A stretch of 32,000 nucleotides of DNA. Origin: Rhodobacter capsulatus SB 1003 (GTDB lineage: Bacteria > Pseudomonadota > Alphaproteobacteria > Rhodobacterales > Rhodobacteraceae). The position numbers and the translations under genes are program-made. The stretch's first letter is position 1; each line of letters starts with the position of its first letter. Shown here piece by piece: positions 1 to 9,480 of the stretch. The stretch lies in the NCBI RefSeq assembly GCF_000021865.1, contig NC_014034.1:900001-932000 (forward strand). The letters are read 5' to 3'. The notes under the pieces were generated by a model that worked only from the letters and a program-made list of their open reading frames with translations, searched no databases and was not told where the DNA came from.

Positions 1-710
<710 letters not shown>

Positions 711-764
711 TCACGCGTCCGCGCAACCCCGTTTCCGCGCGGCGCCGCTTTGCCGCAGCCCCGG

Positions 765-831
765 TTTTCCTTGGTGCAAATACGCCCGGGGGTGCCGCGG
801 AGCCCGCGGGTCGCCCCGGCCCTGCCGGGGC
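765..831. repeat. Solo arm of the intergenic palindromic element family, followed by two short GC hairpins
   Basis: TTTTCCTTGGTGCAAATACGCCCGGGGG (765-792) closely matches the reverse complement of the left arm of the 4907-5043 copy (TTTTTCCTGGTGCAAATACGCCGGGGGG). No partner arm lies upstream. CCGCGG-AGC-CCGCGG and GCCCCGGC-CCT-GCCGGGGC (813-831) follow. Confidence 0.45.
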
Positions 832-866
832 GAAAGCCCCCGCGCGCCGCGGCCCGGCAAAAGCTC

Positions 867-895
867 TGGTCAGAGGGGGCAACTTGGGCTAGAGT
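867..895 (+). promoter_or_regulatory. Candidate sigma70-type promoter for ftsW
   Basis: TGGTCA (867-872), a 17-nt spacer, then TAGAGT (890-895), about 60 nt upstream of the ftsW ATG. Each hexamer matches consensus at 4 of 6 positions. This is a motif match only. Confidence 0.2.
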
Positions 896-957
896 CGGCG
901 CCAAGACCCGGCAATCGGGCGTTCCTCGGCAGATCAGGCAAACGAGCGGTTTTCGCG

Positions 958-2127
958 ATGACGGAAATGGTTTTCGGCACCGTCCCCTTGCGGGCGACGG
1001 ATCCCGTGCTTCCACGCTGGTGGCGCACGATCGACAAATGGGCGCTGACCGCGGTCTTCGCGCTCTTTGGCGTCGGCATGCTTCTGGGCCTTGCCGCCTC
1101 GGTGCCGCTGGCCGAAAAGAACGGGCTCGAGCCCTTCTATTACGTCAAGCGTCAGGCGCTGTTCGGCGGCGTCGGCCTGGTCGTGATGGTCGCGCTCTCG
1201 ATGATGAGCCCGCAGCAGGTCCGCCGCATCGGCGTCGTGGGCTTCGCGCTGGCCTTCCTCACCCTGATGGCGCTGCCCGTCATCGGCACCGATTTCGGCA
1301 AGGGCGCGGTGCGCTGGATCTCGCTCGGCTTCGCCTCGTTCCAGCCTTCGGAATTCCTCAAGCCCGGCTTCGTCATCGTCTCGGCCTGGTTCATGGCCGC
1401 CGCGCTGGAAGTGGCGGGCCCGCCCGGGCGGCTTTATTCCTTCATCCTCACCGCGCTGATCGTCGTCACCCTGGCACTGCAGCCCGACTTCGGCCAGGCC
1501 TCGCTGATCCTCTTTTCCTGGATGGTGATGTATTTCGTCTCCGGGGCGCCGATCCTGCCGCTGGTCGCGGCGGGCGGGCTTTCGGCGGCGGGCGGCTTTC
1601 TGGCCTATAACATGTCCGAACACGTCGCGCGCCGGATCAACGGCTTCCTCTCGGCCGAGGTCGATCCGCGCACCCAGATCGGCTATGCGACGAACGCGAT
1701 CCAGGAGGGCGGCTTCTTCGGCGTCGGCGTCGGCGAGGGCTCGGTGAAATGGTCGCTGCCCGACGCCCATACCGATTTCATCGTCGCGGTCGCGGCGGAA
1801 GAATACGGCCTTGTCCTGGTTCTGGGCATCATCGCGCTTTATGCCGTCGTCGTGCTGCGCTCGCTCAGCCGGATGATGGCCGAACGCGACCCCTTCGCGC
1901 GGATCGCGGGCACCGGCCTTGCCTTTGCCTTCGGCGTGCAGGCGCTGATCAACATGGGGGTTGCGGTGCGGCTTCTGCCCGCCAAGGGCATGACGCTGCC
2001 CTTCGTCAGCTATGGCGGCTCCTCGGTGATCGCCAGCGGAATCGCGCTTGGCTTCCTGCTCGCGCTCACCCGCACCCGGCCGAAAAACGAGATCGCCCGC
2101 ATTCTCGGCAATCGTCCCGCCGCCTGA
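958..2127 (+). CDS. ftsW: Cell division / peptidoglycan glycosyltransferase FtsW (SEDS family)
   Basis: In frame with ORF 571..2127. The internal ATG at 958 ([28 protein letters not shown]...) gives about 389 aa with multiple TM segments. SEDS-like motifs include QPSEFLKP and [10 protein letters not shown]. The upstream extension crosses the divergent intergenic region and repeat and is not credible. Confidence 0.92.
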   Translation: MTEMVFGTVPLRATDPVLPRWWRTIDKWALTAVFALFGVGMLLGLAASVPLAEKNGLEPFYYVKRQALFGGVGLVVMVALSMMSPQQVRRIGVVGFALAFLTLMALPVIGTDFGKGAVRWISLGFASFQPSEFLKPGFVIVSAWFMAAALEVAGPPGRLYSFILTALIVVTLALQPDFGQASLILFSWMVMYFVSGAPILPLVAAGGLSAAGGFLAYNMSEHVARRINGFLSAEVDPRTQIGYATNAIQEGGFFGVGVGEGSVKWSLPDAHTDFIVAVAAEEYGLVLVLGIIALYAVVVLRSLSRMMAERDPFARIAGTGLAFAFGVQALINMGVAVRLLPAKGMTLPFVSYGGSSVIASGIALGFLLALTRTRPKNEIARILGNRPAA

Positions 2128-2138
2128 GGGAGGGTGAC

Positions 2139-3242
2139 ATGGATCACGCAAAACCGCCTCTGCTTCTGATCGCTGCCGGGGGGACCGGGGGGCATATGTT
2201 CCCGGCCCAGGCCTTGGCCGAGGCGATGGTCCGCCGCGGCTGGCGGGTGAAGCTTTCGACCGATGCCCGCGGCGCGCGCTATGCCGGGGCCTTTCCGGCG
2301 CAGGTGCCGGTGGAACAGGTGGCCTCGGCCACCTTTGCCCGTGGCGGCGTGCTGGCGAAACTGGCCGTGCCGTTCCGGCTGGCGGGGGGGATGGTCTCGG
2401 CGCTGGCGCGCAATCTGCTGGACCGGCCCGCCGTCGTCGTGGGCTTTGGCGGCTATCCGACGATCCCGGCGCTTGCCTCGGCGCTGGTTCTGGGCGTGCC
2501 GCGCGCGATCCATGAACAAAACGGCGTGATGGGCAAGGTGAACCGCGTCTTCGCCCGCCGCGTTCATGCCTTTGCCTGCGGCACCTGGCCCACCGATCTG
2601 CCGCCCGGCGTGCAGGGCACCCATACCGGCAACCCGGTCCGCGCCGCCGTCGTCGAACGCGCGGGCGCGCCCTATATTCCGCCGGGCGATTATCCGATGT
2701 CGGTGCTGGTGATCGGCGGCTCGCAGGGGGCGCGGATTCTCTCGGACCTTGTCCCCGCCGCCTTTGCCGCGCTGCCCGAAGGCTTGCGTCGGCATCTGCG
2801 TATCGCCCATCAGGCCCGCCCCGAAGATGCCGCCCGCGTCACCGAAGCCTATGAACGCGCGGGCATCGAGGCCGAGATCGCGCCCTTCTTCGCCGATGTC
2901 CCCCGCCGTCTGGCGGAATGCCAGCTCGTCATCTCGCGCTCGGGGGCCTCGTCGGTCGCCGATATCTCGGTGATCGGGCGGCCCGCGATCCTCATTCCCT
3001 ATGCCGCCGCGACGGGTGATCACCAGACCGCCAATGCCCGCGGCCTGACCGATGCGGGCGCCGCCATCCTGATCCCCGAGACCGCCGCCTCGGTCGCCAC
3101 GCTCTCCAGCCAGATCGCGCTTGTTCTGGACAATCCCGAAGGCGCGGTGCAAATGGCGCGGGCAGCGCTGGCCGAAGGCATCCCCGATGCCACGGCGCGG
3201 CTCGTGACCATCGTCGAAAAGCTTGCAGGACCCCGCCCATGA
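2139..3242 (+). CDS. murG: UDP-N-acetylglucosamine--N-acetylmuramyl-(pentapeptide) pyrophosphoryl-undecaprenol GlcNAc transferase MurG
   Basis: In frame with ORF 1749..3242. The ATG at 2139 follows GAGGGAGGG. The N-terminus reads [21 protein letters not shown], the MurG glycine-rich motif. It sits in the dcw context. Confidence 0.95.
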   Translation: MDHAKPPLLLIAAGGTGGHMFPAQALAEAMVRRGWRVKLSTDARGARYAGAFPAQVPVEQVASATFARGGVLAKLAVPFRLAGGMVSALARNLLDRPAVVVGFGGYPTIPALASALVLGVPRAIHEQNGVMGKVNRVFARRVHAFACGTWPTDLPPGVQGTHTGNPVRAAVVERAGAPYIPPGDYPMSVLVIGGSQGARILSDLVPAAFAALPEGLRRHLRIAHQARPEDAARVTEAYERAGIEAEIAPFFADVPRRLAECQLVISRSGASSVADISVIGRPAILIPYAAATGDHQTANARGLTDAGAAILIPETAASVATLSSQIALVLDNPEGAVQMARAALAEGIPDATARLVTIVEKLAGPRP

Positions 3243-4645
3243 ACGCGACCAAATTGCCCGGAGAGCTGGGCCCCATCCATTTTATCGGTATCGGCGGCAT
3301 CGGCATGTCGGGCATCGCCGAAGTGCTGATGACGCAGGGCTTTTCGGTGCAGGGCTCGGATGCGAAGGCCAGCAAGATCACCGACCGGCTGGTGGAACTG
3401 GGCGCGACCTTTTTCGAGGGCCAGCGCGCGTCGAACATCGGCGAAGCGGCCGTGGTGGTGATTTCCTCGGCAATCAAGCCGGGCAACCCGGAGCTGGAGG
3501 AAGCCCGCCGCCGCCATCTGCCCGTCGTGCGCCGCGCCGAGATGCTGGCCGAACTGATGCGGCTGCGCTCGAACATCGCGATTGCGGGCACGCATGGGAA
3601 AACCACCACGACGACGATGGTGGCGACGCTTCTGGACAAGGGCGGCTTTGATCCGACGGTGATCAACGGCGGCATCATCCACGCCTACGGCTCGAACGCG
3701 CGGGCGGGGGCGGGCGAATGGATGGTGGTCGAGGCGGATGAAAGCGACGGGTCCTTCAACCGGCTGCCCGCGACGATCGCCATCGTGACGAACATCGACC
3801 CCGAGCACATGGAGCACTGGGGCACGATCGAAAACCTGCGCAAGGGGTTTTACGATTTCGTCTCCGGCATCCCGTTTTACGGTCTGGCCGTCTGCTGCAC
3901 CGACCACCCCGAGGTGCAGGCGCTGGTGGGCAAGATCACCGACCGCCGTGTGGTGACCTTCGGCTTCAACGCCCAGGCGGATGTGCGGGCGGTGAACCTG
4001 CGCTTCGAGGGCGGGCGCAACTGCTTTGACATCCAGCTGCAGGCCGAAGGCGCGGTGATCGAGGGCTGCACCCTGCCGATGCCGGGCAATCACAACGTCT
4101 CGAACGCCTTGGCCGCCGTTGCCGTCGCCCGCCATCTGGGCATGAAGAAAGACGAGATCCGCGACGCGCTGGCGAATTTCGCCGGGGTGAACCGGCGCTT
4201 CACCAAGGTGGGCGAGGTGCTGGGCGGCGTCACCGTGATCGATGATTACGGCCACCATCCGGTGGAAATCGCAGCCGTTCTGAAGGCGGCGCGGCAGGCG
4301 GTCTCGGCCACGCCCGGCGCGCGGGTGATCGCGGCGCATCAGCCGCACCGCTACACCCGGTTGCAGAACCTCTTCGATGATTTCTGCACCTGTTTCAACG
4401 AGGCCGATGTGGTCGCCATCGCCGATGTCTATGCCGCGGGCGAGGAGCCCATTCCCGGCGCGTCCCGCGATGATCTGGTCTCCGGGCTGATCCGCCACGG
4501 CCACCGCCACGCCCGGGCGCTTCTGAACGAGGAAGACCTGGCGCGGCTGGTCAAGGAACAGGCGCGGCCCGGCGATATCGTGGTGTGCCTTGGGGCCGGG
4601 ACGATCTCGACCTGGGCGAACGGATTGCCCGCCAAACTCGGATAA
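3239..4645 (+). CDS. murC: UDP-N-acetylmuramate--L-alanine ligase MurC
   Basis: ORF 3239..4645 (468 aa). [17 protein letters not shown] and [10 protein letters not shown] (Mur ligase P-loop) are present. Its ATG overlaps the murG stop (ATGA). Confidence 0.96.
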   Translation: MNATKLPGELGPIHFIGIGGIGMSGIAEVLMTQGFSVQGSDAKASKITDRLVELGATFFEGQRASNIGEAAVVVISSAIKPGNPELEEARRRHLPVVRRAEMLAELMRLRSNIAIAGTHGKTTTTTMVATLLDKGGFDPTVINGGIIHAYGSNARAGAGEWMVVEADESDGSFNRLPATIAIVTNIDPEHMEHWGTIENLRKGFYDFVSGIPFYGLAVCCTDHPEVQALVGKITDRRVVTFGFNAQADVRAVNLRFEGGRNCFDIQLQAEGAVIEGCTLPMPGNHNVSNALAAVAVARHLGMKKDEIRDALANFAGVNRRFTKVGEVLGGVTVIDDYGHHPVEIAAVLKAARQAVSATPGARVIAAHQPHRYTRLQNLFDDFCTCFNEADVVAIADVYAAGEEPIPGASRDDLVSGLIRHGHRHARALLNEEDLARLVKEQARPGDIVVCLGAGTISTWANGLPAKLG

Positions 4646-4656
4646 CGGAGCCAGCC

Positions 4657-4896
4657 ATGACGCTTTCGCTTGCCACCGCTTGTCTTTGGGCGGTGATCGC
4701 TTCCCTCATCGCGCTGGGTCCGCGGCGGTTTCACTGGCCCGCCGCCTGGGGGCTGATCGCGGCGGGGGTGCCGATCCTTGGCTGGGTCACCTATGAGAAC
4801 GGCCCGGTCTGGGGGCTTGCGGTGCTGGCAGGCGGGCTGAGCGTGCTGCGCTGGCCGGTGCGGCGGCTCTTTGCCGCGATGCACCGGCGCGACTGA
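4657..4896 (+). CDS. Small hydrophobic membrane protein (79 aa) inside the dcw cluster, possibly DUF2484-type
   Basis: In frame with ORF 4585..4896. The ATG at 4657 lies 12 nt after the murC stop and is preceded by ACGGAG. MTLSLATACLWAVIASLIALG...GLIAAGVPILGWV...WGLAVLAGGLSVL suggests 2-3 TM helices. The family assignment is from memory, not a search. Confidence 0.6.
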   Translation: MTLSLATACLWAVIASLIALGPRRFHWPAAWGLIAAGVPILGWVTYENGPVWGLAVLAGGLSVLRWPVRRLFAAMHRRD

Positions 4897-4906
4897 GGGC
4901 GGGGCA

Positions 4907-5043
4907 GGGGGGCGCTGCCCCCCTCTTTTTGGCTGCCAAAATTCACCCCCCGGCGTATTTGCACCAGGAAAAAGCCCGGCGTTTTTCCTGGTCGAAATAC
5001 GCCGGGGGGAGTCCGCTTGCGGACGGGGGGCAGCGCCCCCCCC
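4907..5043. repeat. Full copy of the modular nested-palindrome intergenic element (GGCGTATTT subtype, inverted relative to the 19603 copy)
   Basis: The module order is as follows. GGGGGGCGCTGCCCCCC, then TTTTGG-CTG-CCAAAA. Then the long hairpin CCCCCCGGCGTATTTGCACCAGGAAAAA / TTTTTCCTGGTCGAAATACGCCGGGGGG (28-nt arms, 2 mismatches). Then GTCCG-CTTG-CGGAC, then GGGGGGCAGCGCCCCCC. The terminal modules are exact reverse complements of each other. Confidence 0.88.
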
Positions 5044-5091
5044 TTTCTTTCGACCCCTTGCCCCATTGGGGTGCTCTCGTTATGGCAGGGC

Positions 5092-6012
5092 ATGGACAAG
5101 CTGAGCTACACCCCGCGCGGCGCGCTGACGCCGAATTACCCCCTGGCCGATCTGACCTGGCTGCGCGTCGGCGGCCCGGCCGACTGGCTGTTCCAGCCCG
5201 CCGACGAGGCGGATCTGAGCGCCTGTCTCGCCGCGCTGCCCGCCGATGTCACGGTCTTTCCGATGGGGGTCGGCTCGAACCTGATCGTGCGCGACGGCGG
5301 GCTGCGGGCCGTGGTGATCCGGCTTGGCCGCGGCTTCAATGCGATCTCGGTCATGGGCGAGACCGTGACCGCGGGGGCCGCCGCGCTGGATGCCCATGTC
5401 GCGCGCAGGGCGGCCGAGGCCGGGCGCGATCTGACCTTTCTGCGCACCATTCCGGGCGCGATCGGTGGCGCGGTGCGGATGAATGCGGGCTGCTATGGCG
5501 CCTATGTCGCCGATCATCTGATCTCTGTCCGGGTCGTGCTGCGCACGGGCGAAGTTGTTGAAATGGCGGCCGAAGATCTGCATCTGGCCTATCGCAGCTC
5601 GACCCTGCCCGATCAGGCGGTGATCGTTTCCGCGACCTTCCGCGCCGCCGCTGGCGATCCCGCGGCGCTGGCCGCGCGGATGGAGGAGCAGATCGCCAAA
5701 CGCGACGCGAGCCAGCCGACCAAGGCGCGCTCGGCCGGATCGACTTTCCGCAACCCTTCGGGGGCGTCCTCGACGGGCCGCGCCGATGACAGCCAGGAGT
5801 TGAAGGCCTGGAAGGTGATCGACGCGGCGGGGATGCGCGGGGCGACGCTTGGCGGCGCGCAGATCAGCCCGATGCACTCGAATTTCCTGATCAATGCGGG
5901 CGGCGCGACGGCGCGCGATCTGGAAACATTGGGCGAGGAGGTGCGCAAAAAGGTTTTGCAGACGCAGGGAATTTCGTTAGAATGGGAAATCATGCGCGTG
6001 GGCGAATATTGA
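5092..6012 (+). CDS. murB: UDP-N-acetylenolpyruvoylglucosamine reductase MurB
   Basis: In frame with ORF 5017..6012. The ATG at 5092 ([30 protein letters not shown]...) avoids translating the repeat element. It has an FAD-binding PCMH-type N-terminus, GSTFRNP, and a MurB C-terminal region. Confidence 0.92.
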   Translation: MDKLSYTPRGALTPNYPLADLTWLRVGGPADWLFQPADEADLSACLAALPADVTVFPMGVGSNLIVRDGGLRAVVIRLGRGFNAISVMGETVTAGAAALDAHVARRAAEAGRDLTFLRTIPGAIGGAVRMNAGCYGAYVADHLISVRVVLRTGEVVEMAAEDLHLAYRSSTLPDQAVIVSATFRAAAGDPAALAARMEEQIAKRDASQPTKARSAGSTFRNPSGASSTGRADDSQELKAWKVIDAAGMRGATLGGAQISPMHSNFLINAGGATARDLETLGEEVRKKVLQTQGISLEWEIMRVGEY

Positions 6013-6079
6013 GGTCGTCGCGCAGTCCATAACAAGATGCGGCAGAACAGCCCGGGGGCGAACCCCGGCAGGGACGAAA

Positions 6080-7003
6080 GTGGCGGGCATGTCGAGCAGG
6101 ACGGTCCCCCTCGTGGCGGTACTCATGGGCGGACCCTCGGCCGAGCGCGAGGTGTCATTGTCCTCCGGGCGCGAATGCGCCAAGGCACTGCGGGCGGCGG
6201 GATACGATGTAGCGGAAATCGATGCGGGGGCGGACCTTGCAGAGCGTCTTCGGGCGCTGATGCCGGATGTCGTCTTCAATGCGCTGCATGGCCGCTGGGG
6301 CGAGGATGGCTGCGTGCAGGGCATCCTGGAATGGCTGCGGCTGCCCTATACGCATTCGGGCGTGCTGGCCTCGGCCCTTGCGATGGACAAGACCCGCGCC
6401 AAGGCTGCCTACAAGGCCGCCGGGCTGCCGGTGGTCGAAAGCCGTCTGGCCAGCAAGGCCGAGGTGATGGCGGCGCATGTGCTGCCCGCGCCCTATGTGG
6501 TCAAACCCAACAACGAGGGGTCGTCCGTCGGCGTCTATCTGGTGCTGGATGGCGCCAACCGGCCGCCGCAGCTCTCGGACGAGATGCCCGAGGTGGTGAT
6601 GGTGGAAACCTATGCGCCGGGGCGGGAGCTGACATGCACGGTGATGGGCGACCGCGCGCTTTGCGTGACCGAGATCGTCACGACGGGCTGGTATGATTAC
6701 GCGGCGAAATATACCGCCGGGGGCTCGCGGCATGTCTGCCCGGCCGAGCTGCCCGCCGGGATCGCCGAGACGATCCGCGATTACGCCCTGCGCGCGCATC
6801 GGGCGCTGGGATGTCGCGGCGTCAGCCGCACCGATTTTCGCTGGGATGAAAGCCGCGGCACGGCCGGGCTGATCCTGCTCGAGACCAACACCCAGCCCGG
6901 CATGACGCCGACCTCGCTGGCGCCCGAACAGGCCGCGGCCGAGGGGATGTCCTTTGCCGATCTGTGCCGCTGGATGGTGGAGGATGCCTCATGCGACCGC
7001 TGA
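6080..7003 (+). CDS. ddl: D-alanine--D-alanine ligase
   Basis: ORF 6080..7003. [14 protein letters not shown] and [17 protein letters not shown] are classic Ddl motifs, followed by an ATP-grasp C-terminal half. The start may be GTG 6080 (AGGGA upstream) or ATG 6089. Confidence 0.93.
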   Translation: MAGMSSRTVPLVAVLMGGPSAEREVSLSSGRECAKALRAAGYDVAEIDAGADLAERLRALMPDVVFNALHGRWGEDGCVQGILEWLRLPYTHSGVLASALAMDKTRAKAAYKAAGLPVVESRLASKAEVMAAHVLPAPYVVKPNNEGSSVGVYLVLDGANRPPQLSDEMPEVVMVETYAPGRELTCTVMGDRALCVTEIVTTGWYDYAAKYTAGGSRHVCPAELPAGIAETIRDYALRAHRALGCRGVSRTDFRWDESRGTAGLILLETNTQPGMTPTSLAPEQAAAEGMSFADLCRWMVEDASCDR

Positions 7004-7953
7004 TCGCCGAGCCGCGCTATCCGCAGGGGCCCGGGGCAGGGGGGGCGAAAGCTGCACTGAAACCCGCCGCGGCCGCGAAGCCGCAAAAGCCGCCGCGCCG
7101 CACCGTGGCGCCGACCCGGCTGTCGTTCCGGCTGGAACGGCTCTGGCTGACGCCGGTCGTGCGCGTCGTCACCCGCGTTGGCGTGCCGGTGTTCTGCGTC
7201 ACTTTGGGCCTTGGCCTGTGGCTGGGCGATGCCGACCGCCGCGCCGATCTGATGGAATGGTCGCAGGATCTGCGCACGCAGATCGAGAACCGCCCGGAAT
7301 TCCAGCTCTCCACCCTGGCGATCGAGGGCGCCTCGCCCGAGGTCGAGGGCGCGGTCCATGCGCTCTTGCCGGTGCGGCTGCCCGCCTCGCGCTTTGCGCT
7401 GGATCTGGATGGCTACCGCGCCGCGATCCTGCGGCTGGATGCGGTGAAGACGGTGGCCTTGGTGGTGCAGCCGGGCGGCACGCTCTCGGTGCGGGTGACC
7501 GAGCGCGAGCCGGTGATCCTGTGGCGCACGGCGCTGGGGCTGCAGATGCTGGATGAAAGCGGGCACCGCACCGCCTCGCTGACCCGGCGCGATGCCCGCC
7601 CCGACCTGCCCCTGATCGCGGGCGAGGGGGCGGACAAGGCCGTGCCCGAGGCGCTGGCGATCCTGGCCGCGGCCAAGCCGATCCTGCCGCGGGCGCGCGG
7701 GCTGGTGCGCGTCGGCGAACGGCGCTGGGACATCGTTCTGGACAAGGACCGGCGCATCCTTCTGCCCGAGAAGGACCCGGTGCAGGCGATCGACCGGGCG
7801 CTGGCGCTGAATGCCGCCGAAGATCTTCTCAGCCGCGACTTTTCCCGGCTTGACCTGCGCAATGCAACCCGGCCGACGATCCGTCTCAGCGCGCCCGCGC
7901 TGGTGGCGTTCCAGCAGGCGGCCGCGCAAACCACAGCAGAGGCCTCGCGATGA
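6991..7953 (+). CDS. ftsQ: Cell division protein FtsQ
   Basis: In frame with ORF 6964..7953. The ATG at 6991 follows GGAGGA and overlaps the ddl 3' end by 13 nt. A basic N-terminal tail, one TM segment ([23 protein letters not shown]) and a POTRA-like region follow. Its position between ddl and ftsA supports the call. Confidence 0.86.
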   Translation: MRPLIAEPRYPQGPGAGGAKAALKPAAAAKPQKPPRRTVAPTRLSFRLERLWLTPVVRVVTRVGVPVFCVTLGLGLWLGDADRRADLMEWSQDLRTQIENRPEFQLSTLAIEGASPEVEGAVHALLPVRLPASRFALDLDGYRAAILRLDAVKTVALVVQPGGTLSVRVTEREPVILWRTALGLQMLDESGHRTASLTRRDARPDLPLIAGEGADKAVPEALAILAAAKPILPRARGLVRVGERRWDIVLDKDRRILLPEKDPVQAIDRALALNAAEDLLSRDFSRLDLRNATRPTIRLSAPALVAFQQAAAQTTAEASR

Positions 7954-9278
7954 CCGAGTTCCACAAGACACAGCGTGCCATGCGGACGATGCGGACCACC
8001 GCGATGGCGCGTGGCGTGATTGCGCTGCTGGACATTGGCACCTCGAAAGTGTCCTGTCTGGTGCTGCGTTTCGAAAATCCGGAAGCGGCGAATGATGTCG
8101 TCACGCCGCTGTTTCAGCAATCGGCGATGCGGGTGATCGGGGCGAAGACCATCGCCTCGCAGGGGGTCCGCTACGGCGAGATCGACGCGATGGCGGAAAC
8201 CGAACGCGCGATCCGCACCGCGGTGCAGGCGGCGCAGAAGATGGCGAACACCCGCGTCGATCACGTCATCGCCTGTTTCGCCGGCGGCGAGCCGCGCAGC
8301 TACGGGCTGGCGGGCGAGGTCGATGTGGCGGGCAGCCATGTCGAGGAGCAGGATGTCGCCCGGGTGCTGGCCGCCTGCGACATGCCCGACATCGGCTGGG
8401 GCCGCGAGGTGCTGCATGCCCATCCGGTGAATTTCGCGCTGGATCACCGCTCGGGGCTCTCCGATCCGCGCGGCCATGTCGGCGCGAAACTGGCCACCGA
8501 CATGCATATGCTGACGGTCGATGCCGCCTCGGTGCAGAACATCATCACCTGCATCCGGCGCTGCGATCTGGAACTGGCGGGGATCGCCTCCTCGGCCTAT
8601 GTGGCGGGGCTTTCGGCGCTGGTCGAGGATGAACAGGAACTGGGCGCGGCCTGCATCGACATGGGCGGCGGTGCCACGGGCGTTTCGATCTTCCTGAAAA
8701 AGCACATGATTTTCGCCGATACCGTGCGGATGGGCGGCGATACCGTGACCCGCGACATCTCGGCCGGGCTGCAGGTGCCGATGGCGCTGGCCGAGCGGAT
8801 CAAGACCTTTCACGGCGGCGTGCATGCGACCGGCATGGATGACCGCGAGATGATCGAGCTGTCGGCCAATTCGGGCGACTGGGAAAAGGACCGTCGCCAG
8901 ATCAGCCGCACCGAGCTGATCGGCATCATGCGCCCGCGCGTCGAGGAAATCCTGGAAGAGGTCCGCGCCAGCCTGGACGTGGCCGGGTTCGACCTGCTGC
9001 CAAGCCAGCAGATCGTACTGACGGGCGGGGCGAGCCAGATCCCCGGGCTGGACATGCTGGCGGCAAAGATCCTGGGCCAGAACGTGCGGCTGGGCCGACC
9101 GATGCGGGTGCAGGGCATGCCCGAGGCGATGCGCGGCCCGGGCTTTGCCGCGATGGTCGGTCTGGCGCTGTTCGCGGCCTGTCCGCAAGACGAATGGTGG
9201 GATTTCGAGATCCCGCTCGAACGTATGGGAGGGCGCTCGTTCAAGCGCGCGATCCGCTGGTTCCGCGATAACTGGTAG
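7950..9278 (+). CDS. ftsA: Cell division protein FtsA (actin-like ATPase)
   Basis: ORF 7950..9278 (442 aa). Its ATG overlaps the ftsQ stop (ATGA). IALLDIGTSKV, CIDMGGGATGVSIF and IVLTGGASQIPGL are actin-fold phosphate and adenosine motifs. Confidence 0.95.
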   Translation: MTEFHKTQRAMRTMRTTAMARGVIALLDIGTSKVSCLVLRFENPEAANDVVTPLFQQSAMRVIGAKTIASQGVRYGEIDAMAETERAIRTAVQAAQKMANTRVDHVIACFAGGEPRSYGLAGEVDVAGSHVEEQDVARVLAACDMPDIGWGREVLHAHPVNFALDHRSGLSDPRGHVGAKLATDMHMLTVDAASVQNIITCIRRCDLELAGIASSAYVAGLSALVEDEQELGAACIDMGGGATGVSIFLKKHMIFADTVRMGGDTVTRDISAGLQVPMALAERIKTFHGGVHATGMDDREMIELSANSGDWEKDRRQISRTELIGIMRPRVEEILEEVRASLDVAGFDLLPSQQIVLTGGASQIPGLDMLAAKILGQNVRLGRPMRVQGMPEAMRGPGFAAMVGLALFAACPQDEWWDFEIPLERMGGRSFKRAIRWFRDNW

Positions 9279-9280
9279 AC

Positions 9281-9289
9281 CTATCCACA
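9281..9289 (+). promoter_or_regulatory. DnaA-box-like 9-mer CTATCCACA (8/9 match to TTATCCACA)
   Basis: It lies 3 nt after the ftsA stop, in the 202-bp ftsA-ftsZ intergenic region. This is a motif match only. Confidence 0.3.
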
Positions 9290-9369
9290 GGGTGAAAGCC
9301 GATTCGCTTCCCCAGATGCTGCGTCATGCGCGAAATGCCGCCTAACGCTTCCGTTAATCATCCATATTT

Positions 9370-9378
9370 TGTGGATTT
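9370..9378 (-). promoter_or_regulatory. Second DnaA-box-like motif (reverse complement AAATCCACA, 7/9)
   Basis: TGTGGATTT on the plus strand lies inside the locally AT-rich stretch TTAATCATCCATATTTTGTGGATTTGTTGTGTTTTTTGG. It is inverted relative to the 9281 box. Confidence 0.22.
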
Positions 9379-9480
9379 GTTGTGTTTTTTGGGTGACGGA
9401 ACCCTGAAAGCTGGATACTATTGACAGTAATATCGGGGACAGTCGGCCGTCGAAGGCCGCGGGAACACAGGCGGACTCCT

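Noticed and set aside
4907-5043. G-quadruplex formation by the multiple GGGGGG runs in each element
   Set aside because: Every G-run has a complementary C-run a few nucleotides away, so hairpin or duplex pairing is the simpler explanation. Nothing in the sequence favours a G4.
4791-5104. Short ORFs spanning the repeat elements (4791..5099, 4871..5104, 19648..19842, the start of 25662..26183, 30684..30908), giving peptides such as [21 protein letters not shown]
   Set aside because: They are translations of the palindromic repeats, and similar peptides appear on both strands at every copy. They lack RBSs. They would be typical false hypothetical proteins.
9354-9368. CtrA box (TTAA-N7-TTAA) upstream of ftsZ
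   Set aside because: Only TTAA-N7-TATT is present, so only one good half-site. That is too weak to call.
9421-9433. Perfect TTGACA (9421-9426) and TAATAT (9428-9433) hexamers upstream of ftsZ as a promoter
   Set aside because: They are only 1 nt apart, so they cannot be the -35 and -10 of one promoter. Neither has an acceptable partner hexamer at 16-18 nt spacing.
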